A DNA stretch of 64,000 nt from NCBI GenBank assembly GCA_964057225.1, contig OZ059899.1:13268001-13332000 (forward strand), given 5' to 3'. A program made the translations under genes and the position numbers. The stretch is from Auanema rhodensis (lineage: Eukaryota > Animalia > Nematoda). Shown one piece after another: positions 1 through 10,921 of this stretch (positions are counted from its first letter, which is position 1; every line of letters starts with the position of its first letter). Under the pieces are notes generated by a model. The model saw only the letters and a program-made list of their open reading frames with translations, did not search any database and was not told where the DNA came from.

Positions 1-11
1 GCTTAACATAC

Positions 12-1052
12 CAGTAAGGCTTTCTTTGCACGCTTCCTAGGCGTGATGAGAGCAGTTGGATTCGGGAAGGTACACTGCCCATTGTCTTCTTTAGTGGTGG
101 TGGAGTACCCGTAACAGAAGAAAGAGTTGTGGACTGGATGGAAGCCCATTTCTCTGAGGTAGTTCCGAGAGTTCTCATGGTGGGAAGTTTTCTTGATTCC
201 TAAAGTAAAAAACCTATTAAACATTTAATATCATCAAAGCTCACTTTCGCAGGAGTATGAACTCTTTCTAATTGTTGAAGAATTGCCCTGGTTTTCGAGC
301 TCAACCCGGAGGATGTTGTACTCGGAACTTCGCTCATTCTACTGTAAAAACATCGATATACTTGAAAAATAGCTTGAAACATTACCTTTTTAATGAACGC
401 ATTGATGATGGAGATGAATCGAATGCACCGATTCCATTCCAAGTCGCGTCCAATCTCTCCGAAATATTCACCCGTATCTTAAACAATAGCTTGAATTATA
501 AATGATATATAAAGGAAACTCACTGGTTCTTCCAATAAACTATGATTTGCTAAACCTCTAAAACGTTTGGCGCCAAGTGCAGATATGTCTTGTTCAGCTG
601 GAGCACGAAACTCGTCATTTTGTCTTTTTCTCTGAAAAAAATAATGAAAATATTAAAATATTTTAAAAACGTACAGGCTGAGAAATGATATCAGCTAAAG
701 GAGCCGGTCGTGAAGTATCTAGAGGTGTTCTATTGTCAGCATTTGTAGCATTTAAATATCTTAATCCTTTCCCTGACGAGGGATTGGATTTTAAAGAAGG
801 CGACCCGTCTGAAAAAAAAAACTTTAATAACGAGTTTTTTGAAAATTGCGTACTAAGAAAAGATGAATTATTTCTAGTATTGTTATCCGAAGTACGATTT
901 GATTCTACTTTTTCATTTGAGCTTTGGGATGAACCTAAATAATTTTATTATTAAAACTTTTTTTTTAAAAATATTAAAATACCTGAACCGCTAAAAATCC
1001 TACCCAACGCACCCAACCAACTAGAAGAACTAGATGACTGATGTTCGGTCAT
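12..1052 (-). CDS. npp-7: Nup153-like nuclear basket nucleoporin, 5' part only (spliced; continues beyond position 1)
   Basis: ATG at 1052-1050 gives MTEHQSSSSSSWLGALGRIFSGSG, an amphipathic N-terminal helix. Short GT-AG introns join exons that include SSGLSSKTRAILQQLERVHTPAK|ESRKLP, matching the Nup153 motif (A)RRILQSLEKMSSPLADAKRIP. The last in-window donor is at 11-10. Confidence 0.8.
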
Positions 1053-1189
1053 TTCAAAAATATTAGACAATATATAATCTTTATATAGCTAAAATATATA
1101 TATTAATTTTCGTCCAATTTTTCCTCAGTTTAAAGAATAAAATTAGAATAAAATATAATATAAATAAATAAGATATAATATAATTTTGC

Positions 1190-1260
1190 AAATTCGAAGC
1201 AGAGAAGTATAGCTTCGCGCCTAGTAACCGCAACGCGACCGCGACGCATTGTACCCATTC
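1190..1260. promoter_or_regulatory. CpG-rich core of the divergent npp-7/unc-40 promoter with an E2F/DP-type site
   Basis: TTCGCGCC at 1214-1221 (EFL-1/DPL-1-type consensus), TTCGAA at 1193-1198 (CHR-like) and a CGCAACGCGACCGCGACGCA run, all within an otherwise AT-rich ~650 bp head-to-head interval. Confidence 0.5.
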
Positions 1261-1708
1261 TAGTCCAAAGTGGCACATTGCCAAAATGCGAATCTTACTG
1301 GATCCGCCCCCTTTCTCAGATTTCGGAACACCACGATTCTGCTTAGCGTTCAAGCTTCATAATTATGCAGACTATATGAAATCGGAAAATTTCGATTTTT
1401 AGCTTGTCTTTCTGTTTATTTATTAGTTTATTTTTGTATAAATACGAAAACAGAATTCTTAATTCTTATTTTATTTTTATTCAAGAGTGGTGCGCTCATA
1501 TTTCTAGTTTGTGCTTCTACCTTCTCAATCATATGGCATATTTGTTGACCGCTGATAGATAACATTATATTTTATTACATTTTCTACAATCTTAATGTCC
1601 TTATCTATTTATTATTGTATTATTGCTCATCTATCGATATACATATTTTTTATGCAGATCGGTGCTGTGCTGTGCTGTTAGCAATGAGGTAAAAGTAGTT
1701 AGGAAGTA

Positions 1709-4700
1709 ATGAATATGTTTTCGCGGATAGCTATATCAATAGGTTGATTTATCCTTTTTGTTTTTTTTTCTTAATTTTTATATTTAGATATACTCTTCAT
1801 TTTATTTTTCATATCGCATGCTTCATGTTTTCGAAGACATCATAATAAACGATCTGTAGCAAACGGTACGTAGTATTTTTGGTTTTGTAATCAATATTGT
1901 TTGGGTCATTGTGATTTTGAGTGTATCCTTGGGATGGACAGCCGACCATCTGTTCAATGCGCAAACCCATTTCACATTTATAAGCCCTTGATGTAGAATC
2001 AATGAATTTCTTAGATTTCTAATAATTTCGTTTTTTACAAACTGAAAAGTTATTTCGGATGAGAGATTAAGATGCTTACTAAGTGTTAGGGACAGTTCGT
2101 TGCTTGCTATGTCGTAAATATTTGAACTGTCCAGCTAAATGCTCGGCTGTTTTTTTTAAGAACTGTAAATATATGAGATTAGAGGTTTTTTTATGGTGTT
2201 AGTTTAAAAAAAACTTTGCTCGCTTATAAAACCATCAAAAAGTTCAACATATGCCCATCATTCACAAAAATTATATTGAAATATTAGATTTTACATTATT
2301 TTTGACACTCTACATATAATATTCTAATGATGAGCTCATAGTACTTCTTTTAAAACCATATGTTTGCTCATTTATCATTCCTCTTGATGCATTGGATCAG
2401 ACACATCGATATAGTAATAGATAATAATAGATATATTGAAGGACACGTTGTGACATAACGTTACCTCATTTCCGGGAACAGATAACTAATATTTGAAATC
2501 TTTAATTTGTTTTATTTCAGATGAACGATACCTAGGATTTCAGTTTCAAAGCTCTAAATCCTCTACGATTACTAGTAATGGAAAATTACTATTGGATTGT
2601 CAATATTCTATGGACAAGTCGGACATCAAACATGTCCGTCTGGAATGGAGAAAGGATGGATATGTCATAAGCTCGAATCAGAGACACTTGTGAGTTGCTA
2701 AATATTCATTCTATATGCCAGTAGTAGTTTTGCAATATTGTGCTTGATGTCTTCTACTTGAGGGGATTACTTAGCCTCAAGAGAAGAGGCTTAGCATTCT
2801 TTGAAAGGCGATATTCCTATATAAGCCTTTGAAAACTTTTCACTACTGTTAGTTCAAAATGTTATGGAGTTTAGCAATTGGTTTATTCGATTTGAACTTT
2901 CATTTCCACTTTCGGGAAGGTACCCCGCCGAGTCCATCCAAGTAATTATTTGGTAATAGCTTTTTTGTCTGGAAGGCACTTTGAATGTTAGTAAAGGCGG
3001 TGAGCGAGAGAGGACGAGCTGTGGACGAGATTAGTTCTGGATGAGAGGATTCGTTAATGTCAACTGCCTATTAAAAGGAATTCCTCTGCATTCTTCTCTG
3101 TTCCTAATGAGGCAAACGGGATGGCAGTCTGATGTTAATGTAGTCCATTTATTGCTGTTAGCAAGTGGATACTAAGGGTCAATGTAGCAGCTCTGACATC
3201 ACTAATGCATGCAATGCACGGAGGGTACTTGCATATTACTCAAATTCATTCACTTGTAAATAAGTGTTTATTTGTTGTGTTCCGTGAAAATGCATTAAAC
3301 TTTGAGAGAAATAGTAACTGATTTCAGCCAACTTCTGTCAAATGGTTCTCTTTATGTGGAACATCTGGGTTCAGCAGATGAAGGCAATTATCAATGTTCT
3401 GTTCATATCACTTCATCTGATGGATATCCTTGGACATATTTGGGGGACAAAACAAAGGTTCTGCTGCCTGATTTACCAAAGTAAGCTTTTAGCAAATTAA
3501 AACGCTCTTCAATCCTTCTTTCAGATTCAAGTCATATCCTGTGAATCAAACAATTAATCGTGGTCAACCCGTTGTTTTCCATTGTTTTACGGTAAATATT
3601 TTTTTGACTTTATGTTAAAACTTATCGCATTATTTTCTAGCCATCATATCCTACGCCATCTGTTACATGGTACCATAATGGGGTAATTATAAAGGCTGGA
3701 GGTTAGTTTTCTAAAAGCTTGCTTATCTGCCGCTTCGGGAACTCGAATTGTGCAAGATTTATTGTCATTTATTGGTATATGCATGCAAAATGAGTCGATA
3801 TAGCATTGATCTGTAGATGGAATTAGCAGATAACGAGAAGGCTAGAGTCATCTTGTTTCCGCTACTTCCGATACAAGACTAATTGAGACATATCGTCTGT
3901 TATAGTTGGTACCAGACGTTAAAAGATATGTTTTGCGTTCAAATACCGATAAATAGCGAATAACAATGTCCGAAACGTACTATATGAGATATTGCAGGAG
4001 AGTATCACGTTCTGCCAGTTACAAATTCTCTCGAAATTAGTTCAGTACAACCACGCCATGAAGGCGAATATAAGTGTATTGTCGAGGGATCTGGAAAAAG
4101 GCGAACAAGTGAGAGTGGTTTCCTCGCATTAGCAAAAGGTTTTCATATCATTGTTTTTTTATTATGCTTATTGTTTTACTATTAGGAAAACCATCTGGAA
4201 CCGATATAACGTTTCTCTCTCAACCTCAAGAGCAAGCAGTAATTGTAGGGGAACATGTAGTTCTTGAGTGTTTAGCTTCATCCTCTGTATCTCCTGATGT
4301 GAGATGGTAACGTTTTCGCATGCGCGGCATTTTTCTAATTCTCCGTATCTCAGGCTGAAAGATTCCCGACAGCTGCCTGTCGATGGAAAGCGGATTAGAA
4401 GGGTCGGCATGAGTTCTCTCTTGATTGAGAAGGTCATTAATGAGGACTCTGGTTTGTATACATGTAGAGCAAGTAACACAGATGACAACAAGGATCATAC
4501 AGTTCATCTTCTAGTACATTGTAAGTGGACATTCAATTTCGGTACTTATGTTCGGGTTTCAGCTCCTCCACACATTACAACTGTTCCCAAAACGAAAATT
4601 GCTGTTGAAACAGCTGATATTGAGTTTGAATGCTTATCTGCTGGTAGACCAGAGCCTACAATATCTTGGTTTAAAAATGGGGAAGCTATCATTCCTAGTG

Positions 4701-7700
4701 AATACTTCGTTATCGAGCCTAATAAGTATAGTTAGCTCTTATTACTGATTCAATTTTTATAATATAGATTACGTATTCTTGGTGTGATGAAAGGAGATCA
4801 AGGAGTATATCAATGTAGTGCGGAAAATACAGCTGGATTCGAACAAACATCTGCTCAACTTATGGTAGATTCAGCAGGTACGGAGAATTGTGTATTTGTT
4901 TTTATATTGCTGTCTTGAAATAGGACCTACATTTATTTCCACTATGAACTGGAAAAGAGCAAATATTAGAGCTGATAGCCAAGCTGGTTTGTAATATGAA
5001 ATTTCGCGTGGCTAACTAAATTATGATTTTCTAATTCTATTAATGATTTTTTTGTGTTAAATAACCCTGACAAGAGTGGAATTTCGAGAAGTCTGTAACC
5101 ATAGTTCAAACATATGTTTCCAGATGCCACCGCTGTTGCTGCCTCATCTGGACAACCGCTCGTTGCTTCCGCTCCTTTGGGATTGAAGACAACCTCAATT
5201 GGTTTGTATTGTGATGGGTAAACTAGTTTAACTTCCCATTGCAGGAAGTCGCGTAATTGCATTGGAATGGGATCCACCTGTTCTGCGTAATGGACAGATC
5301 ATGCGCTATCACGTTTCTTTTCGAGAAGAAAACAATGAAAGGTAGTTTGGCAGGAAATAAAATGAAATTTATGGGTTTTTTTTTTCAGGGAAAGGGTGAT
5401 GAATTTTTCCACAACGTCGGCTACTTTGAAAGGATTACAACCAGATACTCTTTATCTTGTGAGAGTTGCAGCAGAAAACGAAGCCGGTGTCGGTAAAGCT
5501 TCAGACTATATCAAAGTTCAAACTAGGAAAGAACGTAATAAACATAATCATATTGTTATCTAATTTTAACTGTTCAGAAGCTGTACCTGGGAGAGTAGTG
5601 AATCTCAAAGCAAAAGCAATCGGTTCCGAAGCTATTGAAGTTAGTTGGGAACCATCTCAAGTTGGTCCTGTTGCTCTGCGATACAAAGTGTTCTATATTA
5701 AAAATCCTCCTGAGGATGAAGAAGAAACACAAACTGTGGTTTGTATCTTTTTTAGTTATCTATTGTACAACGTTCTTATCTAGACATCAGCAACAACGTA
5801 CACTTTCCATGGTATGGAAAAGTTCACAGAATATTTTATCAGAGTAGAAGCAGACGGACAAAATGGAAGTGGATTAAGCAGTGAAACTGTATCTGTAAGA
5901 ACTCTTTCTGATATTCCTCGTGATCCGCCTCGTGACATACAAGTGGAATCGCTATCCAGCACAAGTCTCCGAGTAACTTGGAGAGAACCTTCAGAAGGTG
6001 TAAATGGAAATATTACTGGATATAAGTATGTATTTTTTTATTATTATTATAGTGAATCGTATTAATTTCAGAGTCAAATATAAGACAAAAAGCCGTGGAA
6101 CTAAAGGAAACACATATGTCGTAGATGCTGATGAACGAGAATACACTATTAATTCTTTGGAGCCTAATACACATTACATGGTTCGAATGGCAGTTGTTAA
6201 TCATGTAACATTTGTTTCATTTCTGTGTTTATTTTTATTACTTTCTTTAGAACGGCAGCGGAGAATTTTCCGATTGGCACTACTCCACAACACTTCTTCG
6301 AGATAAAGAAGAAGTGGTTTTAGGAGCCCCTAGAGAAATTCGTCCAGAAGCTGGTCTTGATTATATAATTGTTTCCTGGCTGTCGCCAGGAGATGAGTCT
6401 AGTTTAGTACGGGAATATCAGGTAACTCAATTGTGAGCAAGCCTTTATAAATGAGTATATTTCAGGTTGGATGGGGACACGGAGTGCCTGATACAACAAC
6501 TGTTATGGTGCCAAGCAACGTAATGCAATATAAAATAACTGATTTACGCCCGGGAAAAGAATATGTTATATCTGTTAGAGCATCTAATCGACAAGGATTA
6601 GGGTTCCCAATATATGAAACTATTAGGTTTGTGCGTGATTAGATGTGTGGGTTGAATTAGCTATTTAGAACTGCACCAAAACAAAAACTCGTAGCTGATT
6701 CTGATAATGCTGATCCCGCTATGACACCATTGGGAGTTCGAGCTGAAGCTACATCAGCCACCTCTATGCGGGTGATGTGGACCGAAGCTGACCCTAATGC
6801 CTTTAATACCTATTATACTGTTAGATATAGTACAAGGTATAAAGAACCTAACTGAATGCTTTTGATATGCTGATTTGTTTAGTGCTGATGGGAATGTTAT
6901 GAAAACTCAAAATAGTTCTGAACCCTACATAGTCATTGAAGGCTTAAAGCCTGCTACTGAATATGAGTTTGCTGTGCGCGCACTTGGTAGTATTGGAAGT
7001 GTTAGTCAGTGGAGTATGTCTGCAATTAATAGGTTTTATAAGTTTTTTTTCTAGAAATGTGAGCATTTTGAAATTTCAGAACTTTCGCGGCGCCTCCATC
7101 ATCTGCTCCTCGCGATTTAACTGTCCTACCAGCAGCATCAGGGGATCCACATTCCGTATCTTTGACATGGCAGCCACCTAAGTATGCTAATGGTGAAATA
7201 GAAGGTTTGTCTAAACAACGAAGTAATAAAAACTTTCGAGCCTTATAGAATATTTGATTTTCTATACGGATAAATCTTCATTACCCGACAAAGAATGGAA
7301 TACTAATTATGTAGCAGGTGATAGACTGAGTTATCACGTTAGCAACCTCCTCCCTAAAGCCTCTTACTATTTCAAAATTCAGGCGAGAAATGAAAAAGGT
7401 TAGATATAAAATGTTGAAAAATTCTATATAATAATTTAGGGTATGGACCATTTTCGCCCGTACAAAATTTTGTGCCCACTGGATTGGGAAGATCTTCCGT
7501 TAATTATCCTACTGAAGCTGAGTCTCAGTTTGATTATGTTATTCGTATGCTCTCCGCTAACACCATGTATATGACAATGCTAATTGCTATTATTCTTCTT
7601 CTGCTTTTATGTATAATTCTCATTGTTGTTTGTATATCTAAAAGGTGAGAGATTTGAAAAACTTGACAGTTTAATCTAAAACTTTCAGATCTTCTAGTCT

Positions 7701-9060
7701 TAAAAACGGTTATGGTGGGAAGCGATCTAATGCAAGTGGTAATGGTGACTTATGGATCAATCATCCAAGCGGAAATCATATCCGGGGAGCTCGTAAGTTG
7801 TGTTTGCATTTTGCTCTTTAAGAATTTTGTTTCAGCTTCTGATTATCTAGTCGATGGTATGAGCGCAGGTTTAGTTGAACGTTTAACGGGGCCCGATGTA
7901 GTAGAATCGCCTCCTCCAAGATATCAACCATTACAAGGTATGTTTTTTATATCTTATGGCATGATGACCTTATCTCAATATCTGACATGTTCATCCTGTA
8001 ATTATATTGTGAATTTCTCCCTTTTCCTATTGTGCTTGTGAATTGTGTTGTCTCCCAGACTCGGCGTATGGATCAGTATCAGTACGGAACTCGCGAACGC
8101 CTGTGCGGCAATCCGTTTCTTCGTATGAAGACGAAAGAAGGCCTGTGATTGGAAGAGCTAAACCTATGTTAGCATCCGTACATAGCTATGGCACTGAAGA
8201 CAGTATGTTATTCTGCATGATTATCGTTCAGCATGACTCATTATAATATGCATTGAGTTCTAGCTCATTACTTCTTAGCTTTAGGTCAAACCACTTTGTC
8301 TAGAAGCTATCATCAGTCTTCAAATAGCTTAGAAGGTCGTCAACGAACACCGCAAGTTGTTTATACAGGCAGCGGTCGTCATCAGGTTATTTTTTTTTGG
8401 CTCCCACAACATTATCTTCTTGTTTTTAGCCAAAAATTGACTACAGCGATTCACCATATGGATCTTCCTCTGCGCTAAATTCTGCTACTCCACCTCTTCC
8501 GTTAGGCGGACCTCCGTCAGGTCCTCCTATCGTAGACGGTTATCGTACTCTAAGAGGCACACCGCCTAGTGCAAATCCTTTGAGGTAATTCCACATAATT
8601 CTTAATTTTTTTCAAACTGTTTTTCATTTAGATCATTCACACAATTGGCGGGTACCCCGAATTCTGGCCGACCCGTTGTTGTAGCAGCAGGGGGTCGACA
8701 ACTTCCTGTCGGTAGGGCTACTGCTCAACCTCGTGTAAATGTTAGCAATATATACAGGTAAAATAAGGTATTAAGATTTGTTTTTATGAATAATATTTTA
8801 GTCCGTATGCAACATGCTCATCTGACACAGAAATGGAAAAAAAACCATCTCCTAATGAAATGGAATTACATCCAACACCAAGTTTGTCAGATATACAGGT
8901 GTGAAGAGTACTAATAGTTTTTTCGTTAAATAAATCACTTTAGCAATCAAATTCTACGGAAGATCTCACAGCAGAGATGGTGAAGTTAGATACATTTATT
9001 GATGACCTTCAGAAATATCAACACGACATTAAGAGTGAGGAAACCCAATTACCTGCGTAA
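1709..9060 (+). CDS. unc-40: Netrin receptor UNC-40 (DCC/neogenin/Frazzled): signal peptide, 4 Ig, 6 FN3, TM, cytoplasmic P1-P3
   Basis: Exons 1709-1742 and 1788-1865 give [25 protein letters not shown] (signal peptide). Ig motifs: DEGNYQC, HEGEYKC, DSGLYTC, DQGVYQC. FN3 repeats follow ([34 protein letters not shown]). TM near 7565-7635, then DLWINHP (P1), [24 protein letters not shown] and [20 protein letters not shown] (P3). Stop TAA at 9058-9060. Confidence 0.97.
2719..3297 (+). other. Highly structured intronic RNA region in unc-40 intron 2690-3327 (class unknown)
   Basis: By-eye stems: 2719-2731/2832-2848, 2750-2763/2775-2787, 2804-2809/2825-2830, 2851-2858/2891-2898, 3054-3068/3123-3138, 3141-3174, 3203-3223/3280-3297. 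Several depend on G-U pairs, which implies the + strand. Confidence 0.45.
4924..4986 (+). CDS. unc-40: Candidate 63-nt cassette exon of unc-40 in the Ig4-FN1 linker
   Basis: Acceptor AAATAG at 4923 and donor G|GTTTGT at 4987, a donor used elsewhere in the gene. Phase 1-1, open frame [21 protein letters not shown], inside an unusually long intron (4878-5123). Confidence 0.5.
8059..8202 (+). CDS. unc-40: 144-nt symmetric (phase 1-1) cytoplasmic cassette exon of unc-40
   Basis: CCCAG|AC...GACA|GTATGT, encoding [48 protein letters not shown]. Skipping it gives [14 protein letters not shown], the junction recalled for canonical C. elegans UNC-40. Both flanking introns exceed modal length. Confidence 0.75.
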
Positions 9061-9460
9061 AAGGGACGACCTTGTCGATCGCTTTAGCTCAATATCTCGG
9101 TGTAAATTTTCCGTCTGTAAATAATTTGTCCATTTTCAAATACTTACCGAATCTTTCTTTTCTGTCATCAGAAGTTTGTTATCTCCATGTCACTTTTTGT
9201 TTTTATGCTCTCGATGTTATCTCATTGCTCTTGCCACGCATTTTCTTTAATAATAATATTGTGATGCTGTTTTTACATCATTACCTCCCAGCATATTTAT
9301 TGAAACTAAGTTTTTGTGAAATTTTATACCATTTATATTGTCATTTTTATGGTCTCTTCGCAGCTACGCTGACGAGTAATGCAAGTTTTATTCCGACTCC
9401 ATGATGTCACCTAATAACTGGTATATTTATCGCGCATGTTGTGTATTTAATTTGCTAGGC

Positions 9461-9487
9461 AATAAATTCCTTAAAAATTTATTTATT
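9461..9487. terminator. Convergent poly(A) signals of unc-40 (+, AATAAA 9461-9466) and aprt (-, TTTATT 9482-9487)
   Basis: Canonical hexamers on opposite strands 15 nt apart, between stop codons at 9060 (+) and 9498 (-). Confidence 0.5.
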
Positions 9488-9497
9488 TTTAAATTAT

Positions 9498-10265
9498 CTA
9501 TTCTGTGGGATAAGTGATTAAGGCAGTCAATGGCACTTCAGTGATTTTATCACGACCCTTCAGTGATCCTAGTTCAATGAGCACAAATGCTTCAGCTACA
9601 ACACACTTAGCTTTCTGGATTAAATCAGTGGCAGCCTTGAAAAAATTGAGATTAACAACATTTATACTCATAATATTTCTCCAATCATAGTACAGATGAA
9701 AGAAGCTTTCTTTATAGATAAAACTCACTCTTAACGTTCCTCCTGTGGCTAAAAGATCATCGACCACTAAAATACGCCAACCAGGCTGAACAGCATCCTC
9801 TTGAATCTCAACAATATCCTAAAAGGAATGGTCGATTTGATACTTCCGTAAAAAAAACCTCTCCGTATTCTTTTACATAGCTAGCGCTGATACAGTTTCC
9901 AGGAAGCTTCCCCTTTTTACGAATAGGCACAAATGGAACACCAAGGATGATAGCGATCTGTGGCCCGAATAAAAAGCCTGCAGGAACGATTTCATTAATT
10001 TTTAAATTCACTATAATATGACCTCTGGCCTCGAGTCCAGCTACGGCTTGAATATTTTTAGATTTACAATAGTCAGCAATAACGTGGCAGAGGCGATCGA
10101 CCAGTTTTGGTTGTTTGAATAATGGCATCACATCTCTCAAAATTAATTTTTTTTTCCAAATTTCTGGCTATCAATTCAATACCTGAAATTAATTCCAGCT
10201 TTGGGAAAATCTTTAATGCTCCTAATATGGGTAGCCACTTCATCGCGAATACTATCCAAAGCCAT
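9498..10265 (-). CDS. aprt-1: Adenine phosphoribosyltransferase (type I PRTase), 5 exons
   Basis: Exons 10265-10183, 10135-10023, 9977-9859, 9818-9729, 9635-9498 give MALDSIRDEV...DFPKAGINFRDVMPLF...GLEARGFLFG...PIRKKGKLPG...YVKEYG...VVDDLLATGGT...PTE*. A TTTGCAG acceptor lies 3 nt before the ATG (likely trans-splice site). Confidence 0.97.
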
Positions 10266-10328
10266 TATCTGCAAATTTTATAAAAGGATAGGCTTAAAAG
10301 ACAGGTTTAAATGATTAAGAAAGCCGTA

Positions 10329-10490
10329 TGATAGGTGCCTAGAATCGTTATTATAGTTGATTCCTGATACTCCTGATAAATGCATTTAAGAAGCTTTTAT
10401 ACCATTTCTTTCTCTCCTTCTTTTACGACATGATAGGAATTTTTATACATACTTTGGCATTTTGGTCCCGCCGCGATTTAATGGGGCGGC
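10329..10490. promoter_or_regulatory. Divergent aprt/ZIP promoter: GATA cluster plus inverted GC boxes
   Basis: TGATAG 10329, TGATAC 10365, TGATAA 10374, TGATAG 10431; CCCGCC 10467-10472 and GGGGCGG 10483-10489. Confidence 0.35.
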
Positions 10491-10921
10491 GTAAATGTTA
10501 AGCTCTGTTAGGCCACTCATTGACTCAAATCTTGCTTTTAACATCATTTTTTTGAGGAAACTGGGATATTCTTGATACATGTATAAGAATATTACTCTAA
10601 ATTAAAAGGGATGAGAAAATCAAATATTAAAATTAAATTTTTGTAAATTAATAGTTTCAAGGAATTTTCCCAGTTCTGCCTTCAGTTTACAGATACGGCG
10701 GCAATGTCAAATATTCATAAAGTTTTAGCTTATAAGTTTGCTGTGTTTTCTAGCCTGTATTAACTTATAGATTCAAGAAACAGCTTCATACTTTTGTGTG
10801 TTAGCTGGATTCAATTTCAGCGGTTTCATCTTGTATTTATGTACTTTTACACATTTGCTTTCTGATGTCGTTTCTGTGTTGTAGCCAGAAATAATCAAGA
10901 AATGTTTTATAGGATATCAAA

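Noticed and set aside
2811-2819. ATATTCCTA, the U17/snR30 m1 motif
   Set aside because: No AAACCAT (m2) or ACA box follows at the required position.
2787-2830. AGGCTTAG / TAAGCCT as a telomerase RNA template
   Set aside because: Only 7-8 nt matches, largely within stems, and no H/ACA domain was found.
2875-2919. 45-nt phase 2-2 open segment (TTTAG|...AG|GTACCC) in an unc-40 intron
   Set aside because: Weak splice sites, and it would insert into the core of Ig1. Better explained as part of the structured region.
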